Part shown: positions 1 to 8,678 of the stretch, in pieces
Layout: each line of letters opens with the position of its first letter
Position numbering within the stretch: the stretch's first letter is position 1
Source of the DNA: an uncultured Clostridia bacterium
GTDB taxonomy: Bacteria; Bacillota; Clostridia; Christensenellales; CAG-314
DNA: 64,000 bases
Assembly (NCBI GenBank): GCA_947625115.1
Contig: CANQND010000001.1
Span: 5,678-69,677 of the forward strand
Reading direction: 5' to 3'
Position numbers and translations under genes: made by a program
The notes under the pieces: model-generated
Told to the model about the DNA's origin: nothing
The model's database searches: none
The model's input: only the letters and a program-made list of their open reading frames with translations

Positions 1-1572
1 ATAGTGTTGATACTTGCGGCAAGCGTGGCAATATTTGCCGCATGCAGCACCAAGGTCATCATGATTTGGGGACCGGGCAACCACGAACAAGTGTATATGA
101 AAGCGATAGAGGACTATCGCAAAGATCACCCCGATCAATTCAAGGGGTATGAATTCCGTTATGCGGGCAGCGGCGACAGCGGCGCGTATGCGGCAATGCA
201 AGTAAGCGTAGAAAACGGCGCGGCAATCTACACCTTTGCAAACGACCAAACGGCAAACCTCGCCAACCTCGGCGCGCTTGCCACTTTGACAGAGGAACAA
301 GTTGCTTGGTCCAAGCAAAACAACGACGAAAACGCAGTGCAATCCACGATTTTCGGCGAGGACGATGAGGGTAACCCCGTCTACGTGGCATATCCTTTGC
401 AACCCGATAACGGTTACATTATGTATATCAACGCCGACGCTTTCCGCGGCACGACCATTTGGGACGATAATGTGGAAAACATCGACGGCACCAAGGGCAA
501 CCTCAAACCCGGCTACACTTTCCGCCAACTCTACGCGGCGTTGGACGCCAACACTTCCGCTCCTTTGGGAACGCACAGCTCCGGTGATAATAAAAAGGGA
601 CAACCCATCACTTGGAAAGAAGATGGCAAAGTTATGTGGCCTATGGGCGACAGCTGGTACCTTAGCGGAGTGTTCTTCTCGGTGGGCGGCGACTACGAAG
701 TCAAGTACTCCGACGACGGCAGCAAGCAGGAAAGCGCGCGTTGCTGGTTCTGCTGTGACGAGAACGTTACCGACTACCGCAGAGGGGACTTTACGGTAGG
801 TAAAGACGCGTACGAGTGCATAAAGAACACTTTTACCAACGCCGACAACACCGTCAATGACCACTTCTTCTTCCCCACCAGCAGCTACAACGAAGATATC
901 GAAACGCACATCGACAAATCGCAGGTAGCTTGGGAGGAAGCTCCCTTTGCGGCGGCTATGTGCGGCACTTGGGAAGCCAACGCCATCAAAGAGGCTTGGG
1001 GCGACGACTACCGCGTTACTGTTTTGCCCACGTTGGAAAGCGACGACGGCGAACTCTTCCAGATGAAGAACTTCCGCGGTTACAAAAACCTCGGTATCAA
1101 CCCGCAATGCAGCTACGTAATGGACGCTCCCGTGGAGGAACGCCTTGCAAGGTTGAACGAGTTGCACGAATTGGCTCAATATTTCTGCGGTAAGGAAGTG
1201 AGCCTTGCTCGTCACGACGCTACGGGCGCAGGTCCCGCCAACAAAGAAGCGTTGGCAGACGAATCCGTTGCCAAGGACCCCGCTTTGCAAGCTCTCTACG
1301 CTCAATACGATATCGAATGCGTTTACCCCAACAATTACAAAAAAGAAGAATTGCGCGGTCAAAAGATAGGCACGGAGGGTCAACTCGGTTACGGCGTAGG
1401 CTACCGCGTACAGGACAGCGTTCCCGCCAACTATTGGAAGCCTATCGAAAACTTCGGCAAACTTATTTGGGCGGAGTTCAGCACACAGAAGTTCTCAAAA
1501 TTGGGCAGCAATGACAAGATTGTAAGTCAATTGTTCAATTTGCAAACGGAAATCCAAAAGACAAGTGCCTGA
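1..1572 (+). CDS. ABC sugar (maltodextrin/oligosaccharide-type) substrate-binding lipoprotein, 5' end cut by window edge
   Basis: Frame is open from base 1. The N-terminus reads ...AASVAIFAAC, a lipobox-like signal end. The ~520 aa size and position directly upstream of MalF/MalG-type permeases fit a binding protein. Confidence 0.8.
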   Translation: MVLILAASVAIFAACSTKVIMIWGPGNHEQVYMKAIEDYRKDHPDQFKGYEFRYAGSGDSGAYAAMQVSVENGAAIYTFANDQTANLANLGALATLTEEQVAWSKQNNDENAVQSTIFGEDDEGNPVYVAYPLQPDNGYIMYINADAFRGTTIWDDNVENIDGTKGNLKPGYTFRQLYAALDANTSAPLGTHSSGDNKKGQPITWKEDGKVMWPMGDSWYLSGVFFSVGGDYEVKYSDDGSKQESARCWFCCDENVTDYRRGDFTVGKDAYECIKNTFTNADNTVNDHFFFPTSSYNEDIETHIDKSQVAWEEAPFAAAMCGTWEANAIKEAWGDDYRVTVLPTLESDDGELFQMKNFRGYKNLGINPQCSYVMDAPVEERLARLNELHELAQYFCGKEVSLARHDATGAGPANKEALADESVAKDPALQALYAQYDIECVYPNNYKKEELRGQKIGTEGQLGYGVGYRVQDSVPANYWKPIENFGKLIWAEFSTQKFSKLGSNDKIVSQLFNLQTEIQKTSA

Positions 1573-1629
1573 TTAGCTAATGTAAAATTACTAAACTGAC
1601 GTTTAGCCAAGTGTTTTTGCCAAGAAAGA

Positions 1630-1651
1630 GCCTCGCACACTTGTGCGAGGC
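1630..1651 (+). promoter_or_regulatory. Intra-operon stem-loop between binding-protein and permease genes
   Basis: GCCTCGCAC-ACTT-GTGCGAGGC forms a perfect 9-bp stem with no following T-run. Its position is typical of mRNA-stabilising or partial-attenuation hairpins after SBP genes. Confidence 0.5.
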
Positions 1652-1689
1652 GGGCAAAATCGCTTGGCTATTTGTGATAAGGAGATTTT

Positions 1690-3234
1690 ATGCGACAGAT
1701 TTCATCTTTGGAATACTTGTCAATGCCAAAACTTACAAGATGGTGGTACAAGTTTTGTTCCTTTTTCCTGAATATTCCTCGCGCTATCGGTCGCTGGTTC
1801 CGTTCCCTGCCGAGCAAATTTGCGGCTTTGGGACAAAAGATAGGCGATTGGTTCAGAGATATTTGGGACGCTTTGCGTTTCGGCAATTGGAAAACGCGTC
1901 TTTCCGCATTGATTTGGGGTACGGGCAACTTTGCCTACCGTCAGATCGGGCGCGGACTGCTTTTTTTGATTTACGAAATCGCGTTTATTTTGTTTATGGT
2001 GTTCTTCGGCGGCAAGTATCTTGCCAAGTTAGGCACCTTGGGCGACTCTTTGCCCGTCAAACAGGGCAGCGTAATAATTCAGTTGGGGGATAACTCCTTT
2101 GATATTTTGCTGTACTCTATGCTCACGATAGTCGTTATTGCGTTTACTGCGGTGGTAATGTTTATGTCGTTGAAAGACGCGTACAACAATCAACTCGGCT
2201 TTGCTATTGCCAAGCGCGCCGCCACAAGCAAAGACGATATGGGGCAACTTTTGAATCACAAATTTCACCTTACGATACTCGCTTTCCCCAGCTTGACCCT
2301 TGCGGTGTTCACGGTGGTGCCGTTAATGTTTATGATATTGGTGGCGTTTACCAACTACAACCGTAACAATATGCCGCCCAACCATTTGTTTACTTGGGTG
2401 GGGTTCGACAACTTCCGTACGATACTTACAGGTCAGGCAATGAACGCGACGGACGCGCAACAGGCGGCAAAATTCGGCAGAACGTTTTGGTACATATTGG
2501 GTTGGACAATGGAATGGGCTATCTTGGCAACCGTTACCAACCTGTTTATCGGAATGATTGTTGCGTTGCTGATCAACAAAAAGAGCATTCGCCTCAAAAA
2601 GTTTTGGCGTACCTGCCTTGTTACCGTTGTTGCAGTGCCGCAATTCATCGCGTTGCTGTTGGTTTCCAAAATGTTCAAGTCGGACGGCGGTATCATTAAC
2701 AGTATGTTGTTCAAGATAGGGCTTATACCAAGCTACAACAGCGTCAAGTGGTTGGACGGCTCAACGGATATGGCTAAGGCAATGGTGGTTATCATAAATA
2801 TCTGGGTGGGTGTGCCGCACACGGTGCTTACCTGTACGGGTATTTTGATGAACATTCCCGACGACCTGTACGAGGCGGCGAGGATAGACGGCGCGAACCC
2901 GTACAAGATGTTCTCCAAGATAACATTGCCCTATATGATGTTCGTTTTGGGTCCCAGCCTCATAACAACCTTTGTTGGAAACATTAACAACTTCAACCTG
3001 ATATTCCTGCTTACGGGCGGCTCGACCGTTACGGGCGCGGCGCAAATGGACTTGGCTGTGGGCGCGGGCGACGTGGACTTGCTCATAACTTGGCTGTACA
3101 AACTTACCGTCAACGAGGCGCGTTACGACGTGGCTTCCGTTATCGGTATACTGATATTCATAGTAGTCGCTTTCTTCTCGTTGATCGTCTACTCGCGTAT
3201 CGGTTCTGTCAAAAATGAGGAGGACTTCCAATGA
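1690..3234 (+). CDS. Carbohydrate ABC transporter permease (MalF-like)
   Basis: 514-aa multi-TM ORF with AAGGAG 7 nt upstream. The C-terminal half carries an EAA-type loop (YEAARIDGANPYKMFSKITLP). Confidence 0.85.
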   Translation: MRQISSLEYLSMPKLTRWWYKFCSFFLNIPRAIGRWFRSLPSKFAALGQKIGDWFRDIWDALRFGNWKTRLSALIWGTGNFAYRQIGRGLLFLIYEIAFILFMVFFGGKYLAKLGTLGDSLPVKQGSVIIQLGDNSFDILLYSMLTIVVIAFTAVVMFMSLKDAYNNQLGFAIAKRAATSKDDMGQLLNHKFHLTILAFPSLTLAVFTVVPLMFMILVAFTNYNRNNMPPNHLFTWVGFDNFRTILTGQAMNATDAQQAAKFGRTFWYILGWTMEWAILATVTNLFIGMIVALLINKKSIRLKKFWRTCLVTVVAVPQFIALLLVSKMFKSDGGIINSMLFKIGLIPSYNSVKWLDGSTDMAKAMVVIINIWVGVPHTVLTCTGILMNIPDDLYEAARIDGANPYKMFSKITLPYMMFVLGPSLITTFVGNINNFNLIFLLTGGSTVTGAAQMDLAVGAGDVDLLITWLYKLTVNEARYDVASVIGILIFIVVAFFSLIVYSRIGSVKNEEDFQ

Positions 3235-4292
3235 AATCATTACTTTCTTGGTCCCTCGACGCGGGCGCGACCGTTGCAGTTGCAGTTGTTCTCGGTTTGG
3301 TGATTTTGGCGCAAGTAGGCGTGGTGGTGTACCTCATTGTGAGCCGCAAGAAAAAGTACGGCGTGAGCATATCCCGCAACTACTCTCCTCGCAGACTTAT
3401 GGGAGTGAGGGCAAACAGATTTTTCAACAGCCACCGCAAGAGCGCGAAAGGCTACATCGTGGACGCGTTTATCTACGTTCTGCTCACGGTGATATGCGTT
3501 GTGTGGGTTTTCCCGTTCGTGTATCTGGTGCTTACCTCTTTCCGCGTGGAAAGTACGCGTATCACCGACTACCTGTTGCCGAAACAATGGGGGCTTGACA
3601 ACTACATTTGGCTGTTCAACAACACCGAAAATCAACCTTTCCTCACTTGGTATCTCAACACGTTGCTCATTTCGTTGGTGGTGTCGGTCATTAACACTTT
3701 GATAACCCTTTTGACGGCGTACGCGCTTAGCCGTATGCGTTTCAACGGACGTCAGGCGTTGATGAGGTTTATGTTGATACTCGGTATGTTCCCCGGCTTC
3801 TTGGGAATGATCTGTATCTACAAGATATTGGACGCAATGGGAATGATCAACACAAACATCTCCATTTTGGGATTGATGCTCGTGTACATTTCCGGCACTA
3901 TGATGGGCTACTACGTATCCAAGGGCTTCTTCGACACAATTTCCAAATCTTTGGACGAGGCGGCTATGATAGACGGCGCAAGCCGCGCGAGAATTTTCTT
4001 CTCGATAATTTTGCCGTTGTCCAAACCTATCATAATTCAAACTCTCCTCGGCGCGTTTGTAGGACCTTGGGGCGACTATATGATGGCAAACTACATCGTC
4101 GGTAGCGGCGGTGCCGATTTCAAAACGGTTGCCATCGGTATGTACAATTGGCTGACCGACAGCGAACTTCCCAAGTACTTTACCCGTTTCTGCGCGGGCG
4201 GCGTGGTCGTTTCGATACTGCCTATCGTGATGTTCTTCTTTATGCAACGTTACTACGTGGCAGGCATAACGGGAGGCTCTGTCAAGGGATAA
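3231..4292 (+). CDS. Carbohydrate ABC transporter permease (MalG-like)
   Basis: The start overlaps the upstream stop (ATGA). The ORF has multiple TM segments and an EAA loop (DEAAMIDGASRARIFFSIILP). Confidence 0.85.
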   Translation: MKSLLSWSLDAGATVAVAVVLGLVILAQVGVVVYLIVSRKKKYGVSISRNYSPRRLMGVRANRFFNSHRKSAKGYIVDAFIYVLLTVICVVWVFPFVYLVLTSFRVESTRITDYLLPKQWGLDNYIWLFNNTENQPFLTWYLNTLLISLVVSVINTLITLLTAYALSRMRFNGRQALMRFMLILGMFPGFLGMICIYKILDAMGMINTNISILGLMLVYISGTMMGYYVSKGFFDTISKSLDEAAMIDGASRARIFFSIILPLSKPIIIQTLLGAFVGPWGDYMMANYIVGSGGADFKTVAIGMYNWLTDSELPKYFTRFCAGGVVVSILPIVMFFFMQRYYVAGITGGSVKG

Positions 4293-4295
4293 ACA

Positions 4296-5909
4296 ATGAA
4301 AAACAGATTCGTAAAAACAGGCGCGTTGCTGTTGACGGCTTTGCTGTGTCTGACACTGTTGGCGGCTTGCGACAGCGGCGAAAAAGAAATGACAAATCTG
4401 CCGCTGACTACCGACAAGTTCCGCTCGATGTATCAGATCTTTCCCTATTCCTTTGCCGATAGCAACGGCGACGGCGTGGGAGATATTCAAGGTATCATCG
4501 ACAAGTTGGACTACATCGACGATATGAACTTTGACGGTATTTGGCTTACGCCCGTACACCAATCGCCCACCTATCACAAGTACGACGTTATCGACTACAA
4601 GACTATCGACCGCCAATTCGGCACAATGGAGAACTACGACAAGTTGGTGGAAGAGTGCCACAAGCGCGGTATGACCGTGTTGCTTGACCTCGTTATCAAT
4701 CACACGTCCGATCAAAGCGAGTGGTTCAGACAGTTCAAGGCGGCGCGCAGACTCAACAACCCGCGCATAAAGTACTACAACTACTACAACTTCTCGTCCG
4801 TGCAGTTAGACGCCAGCTCTTGGCATTCTATCGACGGCTCTGGCAATATGTTCTACGAGGGCGAATTTTGGAGCGGTATGCCCGACCTCAATTGGAGATC
4901 CATTTTGGACAACCCCGATTGCGATTTGGCAAAAGATCTTACCGAAGTTATGCGTTTTTGGTTGGAGGACCACAATGTGGACGGCTTCCGCTTGGACGCC
5001 ACGGGAGAGTTTCTCTCTTCCGCCGAGGACAACGCCGCTTGCTTGAAGTGGATCAACGACACCGCAAAGTCCATCGCCCCCGATTGCTACATAGTGGCAG
5101 AACCCGATTGGGGCGGACCGTTTGACGTGTACTACGGATCGGGCATAGACAGCGCGTTTTTGTTCAATCTTTCGCAGGGCGGCGGCGGAATTTCCGCTTC
5201 GGCGCGTTTGCAAAAGGTATCGCGTTTCATCTCCATCGACGTCGACAACCAAAAGGTTGTGGGCGACGGTATCCCCGCTTTGTTCGTTTCCAATCACGAC
5301 ACGGGGCGCGCTATCGGCGCGTTGCAGGGTTTGCGCGATCAAAGCACAATGAAGCTCGGCTACGGCTTGATGTCGATGTGTATGGGTACCACGTTTTGGT
5401 ACTACGGCGACGAAGTGGGTATGCAGGACTTCCCGCAGACTACGGGTGAAAAAAAGGTCATCGACGAACACAAACGTCAGCCGATGCCTTGGGGCGACAG
5501 CTATCAATGCACTCCCGTTGCGGGTACCGACAAAAACGTTTCGGACGAAACAAAGTATCCGCTGGGCAACGTAAAGGAAAATTTGTCGGACAAAAATTCC
5601 GTTTTGAACTACATTGCCCGTGCCAACGCTTTGCGGCGCAGTTTCCCCGCAATAGCCCGCAACTTCGGCGTTGAGGTGTACAGGTCTTCTTCCAACACCG
5701 TCGCGCTCATTCAAAAGGGTACGGGCGCGGAAGCGGTGTACATCGCGCTTAACGTGTCGCAATTGGCGGCGGAAACGTTGGACGTTGCACAATGGGGAGG
5801 CTTTGAGCTTGCGGGAACGCTTTCGGTAGATGTAAATTCTATGCCCGCTATGGACGGATCTGTGTTGACATTGCCACCAATGACAATTGCAATTTTGCGT
5901 AAAGTTTAA
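4296..5909 (+). CDS. GH13 alpha-amylase-family glycosidase, lipoprotein
   Basis: Signal peptide with lipobox LLAAC. GH13 conserved regions are present: DLVINHTS, GFRLDATGE, YIVAEPDW, FVSNHD. Confidence 0.85.
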   Translation: MKNRFVKTGALLLTALLCLTLLAACDSGEKEMTNLPLTTDKFRSMYQIFPYSFADSNGDGVGDIQGIIDKLDYIDDMNFDGIWLTPVHQSPTYHKYDVIDYKTIDRQFGTMENYDKLVEECHKRGMTVLLDLVINHTSDQSEWFRQFKAARRLNNPRIKYYNYYNFSSVQLDASSWHSIDGSGNMFYEGEFWSGMPDLNWRSILDNPDCDLAKDLTEVMRFWLEDHNVDGFRLDATGEFLSSAEDNAACLKWINDTAKSIAPDCYIVAEPDWGGPFDVYYGSGIDSAFLFNLSQGGGGISASARLQKVSRFISIDVDNQKVVGDGIPALFVSNHDTGRAIGALQGLRDQSTMKLGYGLMSMCMGTTFWYYGDEVGMQDFPQTTGEKKVIDEHKRQPMPWGDSYQCTPVAGTDKNVSDETKYPLGNVKENLSDKNSVLNYIARANALRRSFPAIARNFGVEVYRSSSNTVALIQKGTGAEAVYIALNVSQLAAETLDVAQWGGFELAGTLSVDVNSMPAMDGSVLTLPPMTIAILRKV

Positions 5910-5941
5910 CTTATCACAAATATGACGGAGGAAAATACAAA

Positions 5942-8554
5942 ATGTCTAATTTAAGTTTAAGACACATATACAAAGTTTATCCAAACGGAGTCAAGGCGGT
6001 AAACGACTTCAATATGGAAATAGAGGACAAGGAATTTATCGTCTTTGTCGGTCCGAGCGGTTGCGGAAAATCCACAACGTTGCGTATGATCGCAGGCTTG
6101 GAAGAAATTACCGCAGGCGAACTGTACATAGGCGACAGCTTTGTCAACCGTACCGAACCCAAAGACCGCGATATAGCGATGGTCTTTCAGAACTACGCGC
6201 TGTACCCGCATATGACCGTGTACGAAAACCTTGCTTTCGGCTTGCGTTTAAGACACGTTCCGCAGGCGGAAATCCACAAAAAGGTGCTGTGGGCGGCAAA
6301 GATTCTGCGCTTGGAAGAGTACCTCGACCGCAAACCCAAAGCATTGAGCGGCGGACAACGCCAGCGCGTTTCGCTGGGAAGAGCTATTTTGCGTACGCCC
6401 AAAGTATTTTTGCTGGACGAACCTCTTTCCAACTTGGACGCCAAGTTGCGTACCGAAATGCGCGCGGAAATCGCCAAACTGCACAACGAACTCAACACAA
6501 CCTTTATCTACGTTACTCACGACCAAGTGGAAGCTATGACAATGGGTACGCGTATCGTGGTTATGAGTATGGGTTACGTTCAGCAGATCGACACTCCGCA
6601 AAACCTGTACAACTACCCCGAAAACAAGTTTGTTGCGGGCTTTATCGGAACGCCGCAAATGAACTTCTTCAACGCCACGCTAAAACGTCAAGGCGACATT
6701 GTAAAGGTAAAGTTCGAGGGTGTGGACAAGGAACTCGAAGTTCCTTTCTCGCAAATGCTCAAAGTGCGCCCCGAGTACCTCAACGGCGACAAAATCGTTA
6801 CGGTGGGCTTGCGTTGCGAACACCTTTCCGTCGATCCCGAAGTGGTTGCCAAGAGCAAAAACGTTATCCCCATCAAGATTTCCATATTTGAGGAACTTGG
6901 TAACGAAACGCTCATCTACGGCGATATGAACACGGAAATTTCCGACCTTGTGGAAAGCGGAACGCGCCTTATCGTAAAACAGTACGGCGGCGGACACGAC
7001 AGCAAGCGCGGAGATATCATCAATGTGGCGTTCGATATGAGCAAAGCGCATTTCTTCGACGCGGAAACGGAACACACGATCGCGCCGCGTATCCCCGTGG
7101 ACAACGTGTTTGATATCACTCTCGGCGACGGCACAATGACGCTGTTGGGAACAAAAGTGGCTCTGCCCGACGCCGTAAAAGTTCAAGCGGGCGACGTGAG
7201 AGGCAACGCCTCGTTGCTTATACCCACCGACGCGCTGTACGAGGGCGGAAAGGAACTTGTTGCCAAAGTGGTGGCGCAGGAAGTCATCAAAGACACGCGT
7301 ATCACTCATTTGCACATCGGCAACCGCACGTTCTTTATGCTCAACGGCGCAGAACACGCCGTCGGCGAGGAAATTTCCGTCGGAATCGACTTCAAAAAGA
7401 TTTCTGTCGCGGTGGACGGCAAGACGGTTGTGGAACCTCTGCCCGAATTTGACGTGTTCTACGGCTCCTATTTCGACAGATCCAACGCAAAGCGTTCGGT
7501 TACACAACTCATCAAGTACTACAACACTCTCAAAAAGAAAGAAATTTCCGCTATCAACGCCGAAATGCAGCAAAAAATTGCGCAATTGGTGCTTACCAAA
7601 GCCGCCTTGCAGGAAATCAAAAACGACTACGCCGAACAGCGCAAGGAAATTCAGGGCAACCTGAGTTACCGCCTCGGCACGGAAAGTTTGGGCAAAGAGG
7701 GCAAAAAGAAAGTTCAGTTGGAAGCTAAAAAAGCCCTCGAAGAGGCGCGCAAGAGCTACGAGGCACGCGTTGCCGACTACAACGCCAAGCAGACGGCGTA
7801 CGACGCTCTTTCCGACAGCGACAAAGCCGAACGCGAAAAGCAGGTTGAAGTTATCCGCCAAGAATACGACAAAAAGGTAAAAGCCGTCGAGGCTAAATAT
7901 GCCGAAATCGTGGCGGAGATCGAAGCCAACGTTTCGGGAGTAGCGGACATTCTGTTGCCGTTGGAAGAACAAAGAGCGCAAGACGCTTCTCGCGAGATAG
8001 CCGAGATAAACGAGCGTTACGCCAAATTGGCAGAACAACGCAACGCCGAACTCACCGCCGCGGTGGAACAAGCCAAAGCCAAAAAAGATACCGCGCAGGG
8101 TACCGACAAGGACGTTGCCGTCATCGAGTACAAGGAAGCCAAGATCGCCAAGAGAGATGGTTTGCTTGCTTTGCAGGCGGAACACAACGCCGCCGTGGAC
8201 GACGCGCTGTTCCGCTCCAAGGTGTTTGCCGCCTACGTAAACGGTTGCACAATCGAAACCACCCTCGACATCAACAAAAAGATAGTAAAGGGCTTGGGCG
8301 CGCAACTGTTTTTGAGTCACTATCGCTTTGAGGTACCTCACGACGCGTACGCGGAGGCAGAGGACGGCATTGCCGTTACGGTAGGCGACGTGGTGGACTA
8401 CGGCGTGGAAAAATACGCCCGTTGCACACTGCACGGCGACACCGTTTACGTAAAAGTGGATCAACCGCACAAGCAAGGCGATGTGATAAAGGTTCGCTTC
8501 GACATTTCGCAATCGAGAATTTACGAGAACTTGTTCGACATAAGACTGTACTGA
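5942..8554 (+). CDS. MsmX/MalK-type sugar ABC ATPase with ~495-aa C-terminal extension
   Basis: Residues 1-375 carry Walker A GPSGCGKST, signature LSGGQRQR, Walker B FLLDEPLS, H-loop VTHD and a TOBE-like region. The ORF continues uninterrupted to 870 aa. Confidence 0.9.
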   Translation: MSNLSLRHIYKVYPNGVKAVNDFNMEIEDKEFIVFVGPSGCGKSTTLRMIAGLEEITAGELYIGDSFVNRTEPKDRDIAMVFQNYALYPHMTVYENLAFGLRLRHVPQAEIHKKVLWAAKILRLEEYLDRKPKALSGGQRQRVSLGRAILRTPKVFLLDEPLSNLDAKLRTEMRAEIAKLHNELNTTFIYVTHDQVEAMTMGTRIVVMSMGYVQQIDTPQNLYNYPENKFVAGFIGTPQMNFFNATLKRQGDIVKVKFEGVDKELEVPFSQMLKVRPEYLNGDKIVTVGLRCEHLSVDPEVVAKSKNVIPIKISIFEELGNETLIYGDMNTEISDLVESGTRLIVKQYGGGHDSKRGDIINVAFDMSKAHFFDAETEHTIAPRIPVDNVFDITLGDGTMTLLGTKVALPDAVKVQAGDVRGNASLLIPTDALYEGGKELVAKVVAQEVIKDTRITHLHIGNRTFFMLNGAEHAVGEEISVGIDFKKISVAVDGKTVVEPLPEFDVFYGSYFDRSNAKRSVTQLIKYYNTLKKKEISAINAEMQQKIAQLVLTKAALQEIKNDYAEQRKEIQGNLSYRLGTESLGKEGKKKVQLEAKKALEEARKSYEARVADYNAKQTAYDALSDSDKAEREKQVEVIRQEYDKKVKAVEAKYAEIVAEIEANVSGVADILLPLEEQRAQDASREIAEINERYAKLAEQRNAELTAAVEQAKAKKDTAQGTDKDVAVIEYKEAKIAKRDGLLALQAEHNAAVDDALFRSKVFAAYVNGCTIETTLDINKKIVKGLGAQLFLSHYRFEVPHDAYAEAEDGIAVTVGDVVDYGVEKYARCTLHGDTVYVKVDQPHKQGDVIKVRFDISQSRIYENLFDIRLY

Positions 8555-8581
8555 CAAGGCTTGCAATTTTCAGCAAAAAGA

Positions 8582-8610
8582 CATAACCACCGAAATTTTC
8601 GGTGGTTATG
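8582..8610 (+). terminator. Stem-loop after the ATPase gene (weak terminator or processing site)
   Basis: ATAACCACCGA/TCGGTGGTTAT gives an 11-bp stem. There is no clean T-run on the + strand, so function is uncertain. Confidence 0.35.
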
Positions 8611-8678
8611 CCGTGCAATAGCGCAAATTGCCGCCCCATATCGGCATTTTGGCAGAAAATTTTATTAAAGAGGTTATT

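Noticed and set aside
3240-4715. Very long antisense ORFs opposite annotated genes. Examples on the minus strand: 3240-4715, 6680-8566, 25607-27634, 27793-29235, 42861-44135, 44567-45994, 47912-49456 and 57279-58757.
   Set aside because: Each lies exactly opposite an ORF with clear family motifs (permease, ATPase, metK, cls, GH13, proS). Their translations are Arg/His/Val-rich low-complexity strings without motifs. This is typical stop-codon depletion on the antisense strand of GC3-biased genes.
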